Shown here: positions 1 to 13,611 of the stretch, piece by piece
How the letters are laid out: each line of letters opens with the position of its first letter
Position numbering within the stretch: position 1 is the first letter of the stretch
Source: Ranitomeya imitator
Lineage: Eukaryota
DNA length: 64,000 nucleotides
Reading direction: 5' to 3'
Assembly: GCF_032444005.1 (NCBI RefSeq)
Contig: NC_091283.1
Location: 23,870,001 to 23,934,000, forward strand
Translations under genes and position numbers: made by a program
The notes under the pieces: model-generated
What the model was told of the DNA's origin: nothing
Seen by the model: only the letters and a program-made list of their open reading frames with translations
Database searches by the model: none

Positions 1-396
1 ACCCACTGCCCCATAATAATGACCCTCCTGCTACACTGCCCCCAAAATAATGACTCCCTGCTCCACAAAAATGACCCCCGCTACACTGCCCCATAATAAT
101 GACCCCCGCTACACTGCCCCCAAAATAATGACCCCCTGCTCCACTGCCCCCATAATAATGACCCCCTGCTCCACTGCCCCCAAAATAATGACCCTCCTGC
201 TACACTGCCCCCAAAATAATGACCCCCTGCTCCACTGCCCCCATAATAATGACCCTCCTGCTACACTGCCCCCAAAATAATGACCCTCGCTACACTGCCC
301 CCAAAATAATGACCCCCGCTACACTGCCCCATAAAAATGACCCCCCTACTACACTGCCCCCATAATAATGACCCCCCTACTACACTACCCCCATAA

Positions 397-737
397 TATT
401 ATTATTATGCATTTTTATAGCGCCATTTATTCCATGGCGCTTTACATGTGAATACGGGGCAGATATAGACAAATACATTAAACATGAGCAGATAACAAGG
501 CACACGAGTACATAAGGAGGGAGGACCCTGCCCGCGAGGGCTCACAGTCTGCAGGGGATGGGTGAGGATACACTAGGAGAGGGAAGAGCTGGCTGTGCAG
601 CTGTTCAGTAGGTTGAGGATCACTGCAGGCTTGTCGGAAGAGATGAGTCTTCAGGTTCTTTTTGAAGGTTTCTATGGTAGGCGCAAGTCTGATGTGTTGG
701 GGTAGAGAGTTCCAGAGTATGGGGGAAGCACGGGAGA
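397..737 (-). mobile_element. 5'-truncated L2/CR1-type LINE 3' end with (AAT)n tail
   Basis: Minus-strand translation ASPILWNSLPQHIRLAPTIETFKKNLKTHLF is the typical L2-clade ORF2 C-terminus, followed by a short trinucleotide tail. Confidence 0.8.
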
Positions 738-1938
738 ATAATGACCCTCCTGCTACACTGCCCCATAATAATGACCCTCTGCTACATACACTGCCCCCAT
801 AATAATAACCCCCGCTACACTGCCCCATAATAATGACCCCCCTACTACACTGCCCCATAATAATGACTCCTCTGCTACACTGCCCCCATAATAATGACTC
901 CTCTGCTACACTGCCCCATAATGACCCTCCGCTACACTGCCCCATAATAATGATCCCTCTGCTAGTTTCCATAATAATGACCCCCCACTACACTGCCCCA
1001 TAATAATGACCATGACCCCCACTACACTGCCCCATAATAACCATTGCCCCCCCCACTACACTGCCCCGTAATAATGACCATGATCCCCCCACTACACTGC
1101 CCCCATAATGACCCCCTACACTGCCCCCATAATAATGACCCTCCTGCTACACTGCCCCCATAATAATGACCCCTGCTACACTGCCCCTATAATAATGACC
1201 CCTCTGCTACACTGCCCCATAATAATGACCCCCCTACTACACTGCCCCCATAATAATGACCCCCCTGCTACACTGCCCCCATAATAATGACCCCCCTGCT
1301 ACACTGCCCCCATAATGACTCCCCTGCTACTCTGCTCCCATAAGTGACACACTGCCCCATAATAATGACCCACTGCTACACTGCCCCCATAATAATGACT
1401 CCTCTGCTACACTGCGTCATAATAATGATGCTACTGCCCCCATAACGATCCCTGCTACACTGCCGCCATAATAATGACCCCCCCTACTACACTGCCCCAT
1501 AATAATGACCATGACCCCCCACTACACTCTGCCCCATAATAATGACCATGACCCCCCCACTACACTGCCCCCATAATTTCCCTCCTGCTACACTGCCCTC
1601 ATAATAATGACTCCCCCGCTACCCTGCTCCCATAATAGTGACACACTGCCCCATAATAATGACTCCTCTGCTACACTGCGCCATAATAATGGCGCTCCTG
1701 CTACACTGCCCCCATAATGACCCCGCTACACTGCCCCATAATAATGACCCTCCTGCTACACTGCCCCCATAATGACCCCCGCTACACTGCCCCATAAAAA
1801 TGACCCCACTGCTACACTGCCCCCATAATAATGACCCAACTGCTACACTGCCCCCATAATTATTACCCCCCACTACATTGCCCCATAATGACTCCCTGCT
1901 ACACTGCCCCCATAATATTAACCCCACTGCTCCCACAA

Positions 1939-2296
1939 AGGTATGTGTCCACGTTCAGTATTACATCCGGATTAGCTGCGGATTGGATGCTGCATACAGC
2001 CGCAGCGTCCAGATGTTACAGATAGTGGAGGAGATTTTATAAAATCCCGTCTCCACTATGCGTGCGAACACGCATCCGGCGGCCCTGCATAACCGGACAT
2101 GCGGCACGTCTTTTTAGAACGCAGCATGTCTGTGACGCTCCGTCCAGGGCCCTATGTATGGGGTGCAGTGAATTTGGATGTGTGCAATGAACACATCCGG
2201 AATCACCGGGCATACAGAAGGGGGCGGCGCTTTGGGTGTAGCGGGGTTTCCGCTCCGTCCAAAGCTCAGTCATTACGGAACATGGACACACACCCT
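1939..2296. mobile_element. T2/Kolobok-type MITE inserted in the minisatellite
   Basis: Imperfect TIRs AGGTATGTGTCCACGTT / AACATGGACACACACCCT, non-coding. Confidence 0.6.
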
Positions 2297-4976
2297 AATA
2301 ATGACCTTCCATACTACCCTGCCCCCATAATAATGACCTCTGCTACACTGCCCCATAATAATGACCCCCCACTACACTGCCCCATAATAATGACCCCTCT
2401 GCTCCACTGCCCCCATAACAATGGCCCCCTTCTACACTGCCCCCATAATAATGACCCCCCGCTACGCTGCCCCATGACCCCTCTGCTACACTGCCCCATA
2501 ATAATGACCCTCCTGCTACACTGCCCAATAATGACCTCTCTGCTACGCTGCCCCATAATAATGACCTTCCTGCTACACTGCCCAATAACGACCTCTCTGC
2601 TACGCTGCCCCATAATAATGACCCTCCTGCTACACTGCCCAATAACGACCTCTCTGCTACGCTGCCCCATAATAATGACCCTCCTGCTACACTGCCCAAT
2701 AATGACCTCTCTGCTACGCTGCCCCATAATAATGACCCTCCTGCTACACTGCCCAATAATGACCTCTGCTACGCTGCCCCATAATAATGACTCCCCCGCT
2801 ACACTGCCACCATAATAATGACTGCCCCACAATAATGACCCGCTGCTACACTGCTCCCATAATAATGACCAACCCCGCTACACTGCCCCTATAATGACCC
2901 CCCTGCTACACTGCCCAATAATGACCTCTCTGCTACGCTGCCCCATAATAATGACTCCCCCGCTACACTGCCACCATAATAATGACTGCCCCACAATAAT
3001 GACCCGCTGCTACACTGCTCCTATAATGACCAACCCCGCTACACTGCCCCCATAATGACCCCCCTGCTACACTGCTCCAATAATGACCCCCCGCTACACT
3101 GCTTCCATAATGACCCCCGCTACACTGCCCCCATAGTAATGATCCCTGCTTTACTGCCCCATAATAATGACCCCCCTGCTACACTGCCCCCATAATGGCT
3201 CCCATACTACACTGCCCCCACAGTAATGACTCCCTGCTACACTGCCCCCATAATAATGACCCCCCTGCTACACTGCCCCCACAGTAATGACTCCCTGCTA
3301 CACTGCCCCCATAATAATGACCCCCTGCTACATTGCCCCCACAGTAATGACCCCCGCTACACTGCCCCCACAGTAATGACTCCCTGCTACACTGCCCCCA
3401 TAATAATGACCCCCCTCCTACAGTCCCCATAACCCCCATGCTACGCTGCCCCCATAATAATGACCCTCCTGCTACACTGTCCACTAATGATGACCCCTCT
3501 GCTAGTGCCCCATAATGACTCCCCCGCTACACAGCCCCCATAATAATGACTGCCCCACAATAATGACCCCCTGCTACACTGCTCCCATAATAATGACCCC
3601 ACTGCTCCCATAATGACCCCCGCTACACTGCCCCCATAGTAATGATCCCTGCTTCACTGCCCCCATAATTACTACACTGCCCCATACTAATGACTCCACT
3701 GCCCCCATTACAATGACCCCCTGCTACACTGTCCCATAATAATGACCCCCGCTACCCCATAATGGTGACCCCCCCTGCTACAATGCCCCCATAATAATGG
3801 CCCCCCGCTACGCTGCCCCATAATAATGGCCCCCCTGCTACACTGCCCCCATAATAATGCCCCCCTGCTACACTGCCCCCATAATAATGACCCCCTGCTA
3901 CGCTGCCCCCATAATAATGGCCCTCCTGCTACCCTGCCCAATAATGATGACCCCTCTGCTAGAGTGCCCCATAATGACTCCTCCCGCTACACTGCCCCAT
4001 GACTGCCCCACAATAATGACCCCCTGCTACACTGCTCCCATAGTAATGATCCCTGCTTCACTGCCCCATGACTACACTGCCCCCATAATAATGACCCCCC
4101 TGCTACACTGCCCCCATAATAATGACCCCCGTTACACTGTCCCCATAACCCCCTGCTACACTACCCCATTATAGTGACCCCCTGCTACACTGCCCCCACA
4201 GTAATGACCGCCTGCTACACTGCCCCCACAGTAATGACCCCCTGCTACACTGCCCCCACAGTAATGACCGCCTGCTACACTGCCCCCACAGTAATGACCC
4301 CCTGCTACACTGCCCCCATATTAATGACCCCTCTGCTACATTGCCCCATAATAACGACCCTCCTGCTACACTGCCCCCATATTAATGACCCCCTGCTACA
4401 CTGCCCATAATAATGACCCTCCTGCTACACTGCCCCATAATAATGCCCTCCCTGCTACTTCCCCCATGATAGTGCCTTCATAAAAGTATCACCAGATATG
4501 CTGCCCTCATAATAACTCTTGCTTCTCTGCCCCCTTGTGACTCCCTATGCTCTACCCCATAATAGTGCCCTCACAAGTGACACCTACTACTGCTCATGAT
4601 AGACCCCCGTATGCTTCCTCCTATACCACAGCCAGCTGTGACAGCTTCTCAAGCCTTTTCCTCACCATAGAGAGTACGATGATATGAAGCTTCCCGTCTG
4701 CTGCGGACGTTCATACAAAAAACTAAAGTCGCTCAACTATATTATTTTCCAGTCTTGAACCCAACCAGTCATTGCTGATCCCCCTCCACCTTAATAGTCA
4801 CAGACAAATTGCTGTAAGTGCTACACACAGAGGATGCAGTGTGTCGGGGTGTAGACAGAGGGCGCCGCTCTGCATGCCATGCATTGACCTCTGATTTTGT
4901 TATTGTATATTCTGCCCCCTGCTGGGCGCACCGTGCACTGCAGCTCGTGTGTCACAATCCTCTGGTTTCTTTGCAG

Positions 4977-5287
4977 TTTACCATTGGGTGGAGATGCGAG
5001 CGAAGATGAGGATCATGGGTTTCCGCGGAGCCGCCATTAAACCAATGAACGAGGAAGCGGCGGCAGACTTGGGGGCGGAGCTTCTAGGGGAAGCCACCAT
5101 CTTTTTAATCGGAGGCGCTTGCATGGTGGCAGAATACTCGCGGCAGGCCACCAACTCCCGCCGGAAAGAGGAAGAGATGGAGGCCAGACTGAGCTCCATG
5201 GAGACAGAGATTGCTCGGCTGGGTCTCCTCACAGACGAGCTGGATGCGCGCGCTCGAGCCGCAGAGAGGCAGCAGGTGGCAAAGTGA
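4977..5287 (+). CDS. opa3: OPA3 (optic atrophy 3) terminal coding exon; exon 1 lies upstream of the window
   Basis: Acceptor ttctttgcag|TT (phase 1). Translation [53 protein letters not shown] matches the recalled OPA3 exon-2 sequence. TGA at 5285-5287. Confidence 0.95.
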
Positions 5288-5434
5288 GGCCGCTGCGCTG
5301 TGGTGAAGCTGGTGCCAGACCGGTGCCGGCCGCGTCTCCAGCCGTGGAATGAACAGCGGGACATGTGCCGTCTCTGGAGCAGCACGATCCGCAGAGGCCG
5401 GCCGCCCCGAGCGCTGGAGGGTGTATATAACCAG

Positions 5435-5440
5435 AATAAA
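5435..5440 (+). terminator. AATAAA polyadenylation signal, probably OPA3
   Basis: First AATAAA about 150 nt after the OPA3 stop codon. Confidence 0.55.
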
Positions 5441-5485
5441 GGACATTTCTGTGCTGTCTGGACACGGACAAAAGAGGCAAAGGAT

Positions 5486-5491
5486 TTTATT
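5486..5491 (-). terminator. AATAAA polyadenylation signal, probably VASP
   Basis: TTTATT on the + strand, downstream (in the minus sense) of an AU-rich, UTR-like tract (ttttgtataaattttctag) that follows the VASP stop. Confidence 0.5.
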
Positions 5492-5859
5492 TCTAGAAAA
5501 CTGCTTACAAAAACAAAGTCCCTCATATATATATATTTAGATAGATATCAGCGCAAAATAGGTCAAAGCCCGACCTCCCCCGAGCGCCGCTCTCCAGTGT
5601 CTGACACCAATATCCTAAACCATCTGATGAGAGGAATCCGTCACCCGCCACCATTATACAGACGCAAATTCTGCTAGAAAATTTATACAAAAATTGAAAT
5701 GATTCAAAAAAATAATAATAAAAAAGAACCCGTGAATTATCCCATAAAATTCCTATTGGTTGAAGCTCGGAGCCTCTGCAAACCCGTTTAGAGACACTCG
5801 GGAGAGTGTGGGAATAGGAGGTACTGGAGGGTGCAAGGAATGTTAGAATAGGGTGCAGA

Positions 5860-6550
5860 GCAGGCGGGGGGCCGCAGCTAAGACACAGGGCGCAGGAAAA
5901 CGGAGGGGGCCGCAGCGAAGACATAGGGCGCAGGACACAGAGCAGCTCAGGAAAACAGAGGGGGCCGCAGGGAGGGAAAAGGGAGCAGGGAATTGGCCGC
6001 AGCTCGGGAAAAGGGAGCAGGGAGGGGGCCGCAGCTCGGGAAAAGGGAGCAGGGAATTGGCCGCAGCTAAGACATAGGGCGCAGGACACAGAGCAGCTCA
6101 GGAAAACGGAGGGGGCCGCAGCTCGGGAAAAGGGGGCAGGGAAGGGGCCGCAGCTAAGACATAGGGCGCAGGACACAGAGCAGCTCAGGAAAACGGAGGG
6201 GGCCGCAGCTCGGGAAAAGGGGGCAGGGAAGGGGCCGCAGCTAAGACATAGGGCGCAGGACACAGAGCAGCTCAGGAAAACGGAGGGGGCCGCAGCTCGG
6301 GAAAAGGGAGCAGGGAGGGGGCCGCAGCTCGGGAAAATGGAGCAGGGAGGGGGGCCACAGCTAAGACATAGGGCGCAGGACACAGAGCCGCTCAGGAAAA
6401 CGGGGGAGCAGGGAAGGGGCCGCAGCTAAGACATAGGGCGCAGGACACAGAGCAGCTCAGGAAAAGGCTAAAGGGAAGGGGCTGCAGCTAAGGCATAGGG
6501 TGCATAATGGGGGCTGCAGCTAAGGCAGAGGGTGCAAAGTAGGATGGGGG
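5860..6550. repeat. GA-rich composite tandem repeat (gggccgcagctaagacatagggcgcaggacacagag...) inside the predicted VASP 3' UTR
   Basis: Visible repeated blocks between the VASP stop and its poly(A) signal. Confidence 0.85.
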
Positions 6551-6792
6551 GGGTCACAGCTCAAGGAAGAGGACAGCAGAGACAGCACAACATAGAAGGG
6601 GGCTGCAGAGCAGGAGCCGTAGCTCAGGAGGGCACAGAAGTGAGGGATATCCAGGAGCCGGCGGGCCCAGCAGCAGTACAGGGCTGTGTGGGGTACAGGT
6701 CGCCCGTTGCCCCCAGCAGGGGAATGATTGCAGAGTCTGCCATGCAGCACAGTGGGTAGAGCCTGAGACTTCACAGTGGGCGATCGCTGAAA

Positions 6793-6830
6793 TCACGAAG
6801 TGCTGCTCCTGCGCATTTCTTGCATGAAGG
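6793..6830 (-). CDS. vasp: VASP exon 12 (last): (A)FMQEMRRSSTS*
   Basis: Acceptor ttttttccag|CC, phase 1. End of the EVH2 coiled coil, equivalent to human AFVQELRK. TGA at 6795-6793. Confidence 0.9.
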
Positions 6831-7369
6831 CTGGAAAAAATTACAATAAGAAATAAAAAGCGTTAATAACCTGGAGGGATTCCTGTGCTATCTGCCGTAC
6901 AGCTCCTGTAGGATGGCCCGCACTGTACATCTGATGCAGCGCTGCTTTATTTAAGGGACTGACCAGTAATGTCTGACTTATGGGACCCTCGCCGGTCACT
7001 ATGATGGTCTTTGGCTCCCACTTCAGCTTCCTGCTAGGCCCCGGTGCGGGGGGGCTGGGTTGGAGCATGCTCGGTGGGGTTCAGCTCAGTGTCGGGGGCT
7101 CACGGAGACAGTGGGGTGATGCACGAGGTGAGAGAAACCCAAAGCATCTGCACAACTTGATGCAAATTTTCCCTTTTGGACTTATCCTATTGTCGGGGAA
7201 ATACGAGGCCCCAGACTGTGCGCGGCTCTGCATGCACAAGCCATTATGTAGATTTCCATTTTAGTTCCAGCCAGAACTGCAATCCCCATTCTGCCGCTTT
7301 CTGGTTGACTGATAGTGTTTTTCAGTCCCTACATAAACACAAAGAATTATAGGCTCTCGGGAGGTCCGC

Positions 7370-8650
7370 GGCAGAATTGTGAGCGAGCAGAGAGGTTGGC
7401 GGCAAAACTGAGCAAGGCAGGGAGGTGCGCGGCAGAACTGTGAGGGAGGTCGGCAGCAAATTGTGAGCGAGGCAGGGAGTTCGGCAGCAAATTGTGAGCG
7501 AGGTAGGGAGGTCAGCGGCAGAACTGTGAGTGAAATAGGGAGGTCGCCAGCAAATTGTGAGCGAGGCAGGGAAGTCTGCGGCAGAACTGTGAGCGAGGTA
7601 GGGAGGTCCGCGGCATGATTGTGAGCGAGGTAGGGAGCTCCGCGGCAGGATTGTGAGCGAAGTGGGGAGGTCGGCGACAACTGTGAGCGAGGTGGGGAGG
7701 TCGGTGGCAGAACTGAACGAGTTGGGGAGGTCTGTGGCAGGATTGTGAGCGAGGTGGGGAGGTCGGCGACAGAACTGTGAGAGAGGTGGGGAGGTCGGCG
7801 GCAGAACTGAACAAGTTGGGGAGGTCTGTGGCAGGATTGTGAGCGAGGTGGGGAGGTCGGCGACAGAACTGTGAGCGAGGTGGGGAGGTCGGCGGCAGAA
7901 CTGAACGAGTTGGGGAGGTCCGCGGCAGGCTTGTGAGCGAGGTAGGGAGGTCGGCGGCAGAAATGTAAACAAGATGGGGAGGTCTGTGGCAGAACTGTGA
8001 GCGAGGTGGGGAGGTCCCGCCGCAGGATTGTGAGCGAGGTAGGGAGGTCGGAGGCAGAACTGTGAGCGAGGTGGAGAGGTCGGCGGCAGAACTGTGAGCG
8101 AGGTGGGGTGGTCCGCGGCAGGATTGTGAGCGAAGTAGGGAGGTCCGCGGCAGAAATGTGAGCGAGGTAGGGAGATCCGCGGCAGGATTATGAGCGAGGT
8201 GGGGAGGTCGCAGGCAGAACTGTGAGTGAGGTGGGGAGGTCCGCGGCAGGATTGTGAGCGAGGTAGGGAGGTCCGCGGCAGAAATGTGAGCGAGGTAAGG
8301 AGGTCCGCGGCAGAAATGTGAGCGAGGTAGGGAGGTCCGCGGCAGAACTGTGAGCGAGGTAGGGAGATCTGCGGCAGGATTGTGAGCGAGGTGGGGGGGT
8401 CCGTGGCAGGATTGTGAGCGAGGTAGGGAGGTCCGTGGCAGGATTGTGAGCGAGGTAGGGAGGTCCGTGGCAGGATTGTGAGCGAGGTAGGGAGATCTGC
8501 GGCAGGATTGTGAGCGAGGTGGGGGGGTCCGTGGCAGGATTGTGAGCGAGGTAGGGAGGTCCGTGGCAGGATTGTGAGCGAGGTAGGGAGGTCCGTAGCA
8601 GGATTGTGAGCGAGGTAGGGAGGTCCGTGGCAGGATTGTGAGCGAGGTAG
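7370..8650. repeat. ~32-36 bp minisatellite (ggcagaactgtgagcgaggtagggaggtccgc), VASP last intron
   Basis: Visible tandem units. Confidence 0.92.
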
Positions 8651-8899
8651 GTGATCACGTAAATATCTGCAGTGATACTTCTGTCTGTGGTTTTACACTT
8701 CTGAGATGAGTTTCTGCTTTTGGACAAAAATAAAACCCCGGAGGAACATAAAACCTGACAGCGGAAATAATTACTGAGTGCCGAGACACAATGTGCATTA
8801 TGACCACATGAGGGCGCCATGCTGCCTGCCATACAGTGATCTGATATTTAAAGGGCCAGACATGCGTACAGTGGAGGGCGGTGTGACATCACATCTCAC

Positions 8900-8957
8900 C
8901 TTCTATGATCTCCTCCTTGACTTTCTGCAGCTCCTTTCTCATTTCTTCTAATAATTC
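8900..8957 (-). CDS. vasp: VASP exon 11: ELLEEMRKELQKVKEEIIE (tetramerisation coiled coil)
   Basis: cccacag|GAA ... GAAG|gtgaga, phase 0 to 1. Near-identical to the Ena/VASP coiled coil. Confidence 0.95.
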
Positions 8958-9202
8958 CTGTGGGAACAGACAGACGCTGCTGTGAAATAATCATGACAAT
9001 CCTTACCTGTGACTCCTCAGCAGGAGGTGGCAATGGGTTGACTGCAATGTCACATGCCCCCCACACAAGTCAGCCAGAATCAATGGTGGGAAGGGGGTAT
9101 AGACCCCCACAGCTTGGTCACATCGGGTGTAATCACCCCCCTCTAAACATAACCACAACCCCACCCGGCTGCGCCGGTCAGAAGCCGCGTCCATCATGTT
9201 AC

Positions 9203-9281
9203 CTGCTTAATCCTCTCCATGGAGTCTGATTCTTCGGCGCTCGGGGCCACGTCTGCGGGGCTGCTGACTGTGGACTTCATC
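9203..9281 (-). CDS. vasp: VASP exon 10: MKSTVSSPADVAPSAEESDSMERIKQ
   Basis: ctttgtag|G ... CAG|gtaac, phase 2 to 0. Confidence 0.9.
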
Positions 9282-9354
9282 CTACAAAGAACACAAAGTC
9301 AGAGAATGGAAAGAAAAGGCAAAACCCACCGACCCCTGACACCCTAACACTGAC

Positions 9355-9400
9355 CTCGGCAGCGTGGTGCTTCCCTTGTCCCACGGGCGACGGGCCGGCT
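9355..9400 (-). CDS. vasp: VASP exon 9: EPARRPWDKGSTTLPR
   Basis: gtcttgcag|AG ... GAG|gtcagt, phase 1 to 2. Conserved RRPWE/DK..TLPR motif. Confidence 0.93.
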
Positions 9401-10219
9401 CTGCAAGACACAATATGACAGATGTGAGGGGTCAACAGAACCACAAAAATCCCAACCCCTCCCCGACACTGACAAAGCACCAGCTCTATTACTGACAACC
9501 TGTATACTATGTATGAGAGGTTGTCAGACCCGCCCCTGGTGATGATATAACGGCTCGGGACCCAATTCCTCAAGCAATTGTCAGTGGTCTCGTAAGACTG
9601 ACACTTTTGAAGTTCTTGCACCATAGACCCAGGGGGTCTGCAGAGTGGGGTCCGCAGACTTATTGATAAGTGACTTTGCTGCATCTCACGCCAGCAGCAG
9701 CGGTGGACAATGACGACTCGGGGGTCCGAGAATTCATGGTGTGATCCCAGGGGTGGAAAAACCACTGGAAATCTCATTTCTCAAGATTTCGTTCACCGAC
9801 TGCTAAGAAAATCACAGCAGGAAAAAATCTGCCGTGTGTGAATTTATGCTGCAGACGCCACGACGGATTTAACCCTTTGTATTGCAGCATGCGTGCTAAT
9901 CCGGACCTGTTCAACAATGAAAGGAGGGTGCTTAATAAATGGAGGGAATCATAAAGAGAGGGGAAGTGGGTAACAAAGATTCTTCTCTTTTTTTTTTTTG
10001 CATCAATTCCGAATTCTGACAAAAAAACTGAATTGAAAACTGCATGAGCGATTTCCACCCCAAAGACGGGGGCCCGGGCACACGGTGCTAGCAAAAATCA
10101 CCAATATCCCCACCTACCCACAGTATCATGAATCACCTACTGTCACCTGCAGCCCCTTCCATCACATCTGCTCCCTTCTCCTCTGCATCTTCCACCTTAT
10201 CGCAGGTGTTTGCAACCCC

Positions 10220-12090
10220 CATACCTCATTCCCCTCTTACAGCTCACTCAAAGCCCCTTCTGCATTCTCTCTCCACCCGCAGCCCCTTCTGCATTCTCTC
10301 TCCTCACAGCCCCTTCTGCATTCTCTCTCCTCACAGCCCCTTCTGCATTCTCTCTCCTCACAGCCCCTTCTGCATTCTCTCTCCTCACAGCCCCTTCTGC
10401 ATTCTCTCTCCTCACAGCCCCTTCTCCTGCATTCTCTCTCCACCGGCAGCCCCTTCTGCATTCTCCTCACAGCCCCTTCTACATTCTCTCTCCTCGCAGC
10501 CCCTTCTGCATTCTCTCTCCTCGCAGCCCCTTCTGCATTCTCTCTCCTCGCAGCCCCTTCTGCATTCTCTCTCCTCACAGACCCTTCTGCATTCTCTCTC
10601 CTCACAGCCCCTTCTGCATTCTCTCTCCTCACAGCCCCTTCTGCATTCTCTCTCCTCACAGCCCCTTCTGCATTCTCTCTCCTCACAGCCCCTTCTGCAT
10701 TCTCTCTCCTCATAGCCCCTTCTGCATTCTCTCTCCTCATAGCCCCTTCTGCATTCTCTCTCCTCACAGCCCCTTCTGCATTCTCTCTCCTCATAGCCCC
10801 TTCTGCATTCTCTCTCCTCATAGCCCCTTCTGCATTCTCTCTCCTCATAGCCCCTTCTCCTGCATTCTCTCTCCTCATAGCCCCTTCTGGATTCTCCTCA
10901 CAGCCCCTTCTACATTCTCTCTCCTCACAGCCCTTTCTGCATTCTCTCTCCTCACAGCCCCTTCTCCTACATTCTCTCTTCACCCACAGCCCCTTCTGCA
11001 TTCTCTCTCCTCTCAGCCCCCTCTCCTACATTCTCTTATCACCCACAGCCCCTTCTGCATTCTCTCTCCTCACAGCCCCCTCTCCTACATTCTCCTCACA
11101 GCCCCTTCTGCATTCTCTCTCCTCACAGCCCCCTCTCCTACATTCTCCTCACAGCCCCTTCTCCTACATTCTCCTCACAGCCCCTTCTGCATTCTCTCTC
11201 CTCACAGCCCCTTCTCCTACATTCTCCTCACAGCCCCTTCTGCATTCTCTCTCCTCACAGCCCCTTCTCCTACATTCTCCTCACAGCCCCTTCTGCATTC
11301 TCTCTCCTCACAGCCCCCTCTCCTACATTCTCCTCACAGCCCCTTCTCCTACATTCTCCTCACAGCCCCTTCTGCATTCTCTCTCCTCACAGCCCCTTCT
11401 CCTACATTCTCCTCACAGCCCCTTCTGCATTCTCTCTCCTCACAGCCCCCTCTCCTACATTCTCCTCACAGCCCCTTCTCCTACATTCTCCTCACAGCCC
11501 CTTCTGCATTCTCTCTCCTCACAGCCCCTTCTCCTACATTCTCCTCACAGCCCCTTCTGCATTCTCTCTCCTCAAAGCCCCCTCTCCTGCATTCTCTCTC
11601 CTCACAGCCCCTTCTCCTGCATTTTCTTATCACCTGCAGCCCCTTCTGCATTCTCTCTCCTCACAGCCCCCTCTCCTACATTCTCCTCACAGCCCCTTCT
11701 GCATTCTCTCTCCTCACAGCCCCCTCTCCTACATTCTCCTCACAGCCCCTTCTCCTACATTCTCCTCACAGCCCCTTCTCCTACATTCTCCTCACAGCCC
11801 CTTCTGCATTCTCTCTCCTCAAAGCCCCCTCTCCTACATTCTCTCTCCTCACAGCCCTCTCTACTACATTCTCTCTCCTCATAGCCCCCTCTCCTACATT
11901 CTCTCTCATCACCAGTAGCCCCCTCTCCTGCATTCTCTCCTCACAGCCCCTTCTCCTGCATTCTCTTATCACCTGCAGCCCCCTCTCCTGCATTCTCTTA
12001 CCACCCGCAGCCCCCTCTCCTGCATTCAGTTCTCACCTGAAGCCCCCTCTCCTGCATTCTCATCTCCTGCATTCTCTCCTCACCTGCAGC
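10220..12090. repeat. 27-bp CT-rich minisatellite (cagccccttctgcattctctctcctca) with 21-bp variants
   Basis: Visible tandem units. Confidence 0.93.
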
Positions 12091-13048
12091 CCCCTCTCCT
12101 GCTCCTGACATCCAGTGTGCTGTGTTGCCGTACATTTCTGGTCTGCTTTTCCCCACTAATTGCAGCCCAGGTCCTGGTGACAATCAGATCCTGAACACTG
12201 AGCCCCAATGATTGCACCCACATTTAAGACTGGTAATGCATTAATATAGCTGCAAACAAAATTCCCCCTCCCCTAGTGTAAATTTGGTTTATTTGCAATA
12301 AATCGCTGAATACAACTGATATAACAAGTGGTTTCTCCAAATTGAGCAAAAAATCTCACTTTTACTGGCTGCTGCAGTCTCAGGTTCTTCAGCCCCTGCA
12401 CAGAATCGCTCAGAAGAGCACGATTGTCTCCAGCACCGGATGTAATAATCCAGGACCTCATCAACGATATCAGGCTGAGAATAAACACATCCAGTACCCG
12501 GCCTGGCTGTCAGAAATGTTACTTGGGAGTCACCACACTCATCAGATATTCCTGCCCCAGGTCGGATGGACGGTCACTTGAGTAAGTAGTATATAAGAAT
12601 CGGAGTCCTGCCCTCGCACCCACCTGAAATAATCCTCTACAGATTATTAAAAAACAGCAATACAAAGCAGGGACTTCCAGGGCTCCTCCAACGCATTTCA
12701 ACTTTTTGGTCCTAATCATGGCTGCTTTCTCTGTAGCATCTTAATTGCTCAAATTGTTTAAAACAAAGCTGTGGAAACCAATCACCTAAATTGCAGTACC
12801 CTGTGAGATTTACATCAGAGGTGCATGATGCAAAGATCCCCTCCAATTTGCTCAACACCATACAAATAAAATAGCGGTATGTTTGGAGGGGGAATGATGA
12901 AGCAGACCCAGAAAATAAACATAAACAACCTGCTTAAAATAAAGCACAGTGGAGGTTCAGTGATGCCTACAACGATGCATGACGGGGGCTTAGTGATGCC
13001 TACAAAGAAATACAGCGGGGGCTCAGTAATGCCTACATTAAAGGATGG

Positions 13049-13611
13049 TGTCACAGGTGTGTCAGATGCTACAGTCGCTCTGCATCTGGCTGCAGATTGT
13101 CTCTGCTTTTGGCATTGCAGACGCCCTCTTAATCCTTCTGACCTTTGGACCAAGTAGCAACCTCCCTCCTACTCTTATTGACACACCTGGATCTGGGTGT
13201 TTATAAACTCCCAGTCTGCTTCAGGGATATTCACATTTTCCATTGTAAAGGCTTGGAGCGATAGCAGTCGGCTAACTTCCTCTCTGGTACTGTTGGAGGA
13301 CGTTTGGTGTTACCTCTCTGAGTTTGCCTAAGATAAGTTGCTTCCCCCTTGTTTGCCTCCCTTCTTCTCTAGTGTACAGTGGGAACTGACCAGTGCTCAT
13401 CCCCCCCCCCCTTTTCCCTATTCAGGGCCTAGTTCTAGGGATATACAGGGCTTAGGTTCCTACTCGACGATTGGTGTGGAACCAATAGAGGGACGGTAGG
13501 GGAGGCAGGGTGCTATTGGATCTGACTAGGGGTCTCCACTCCCCCTTTCCGAAGCGTTTGGGCTTCCTTCCCCTCGTGTTGCACTTAAGTCTTCCCACAA
13601 TGTGTGTGACT
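13049..13611. mobile_element. Solo LTR (~563 bp) of an LTR retrotransposon
   Basis: Termini TGTCAC...GTGACT, flanked by a 5-bp duplication GATGG (13044-13048 and 13612-13616). Internal TTTATAAA. Inserted in a degenerate gatgcctac repeat. Confidence 0.72.

Larger units (their letters stand above)
1..4560. repeat. Degenerate ~28-30 bp minisatellite (ataatgacccccctgctacactgccccc) in the OPA3 intron, interrupted by two insertions
   Basis: Directly visible tandem units. Confidence 0.95.

Noticed and set aside
6870-6910. Candidate small minus-strand exon (cctacag|GAGCTG...CCAG|gtt) near the VASP 3' end
   Set aside because: The VASP frame is already complete with exons 11 and 12, and this segment has no Ena/VASP similarity.
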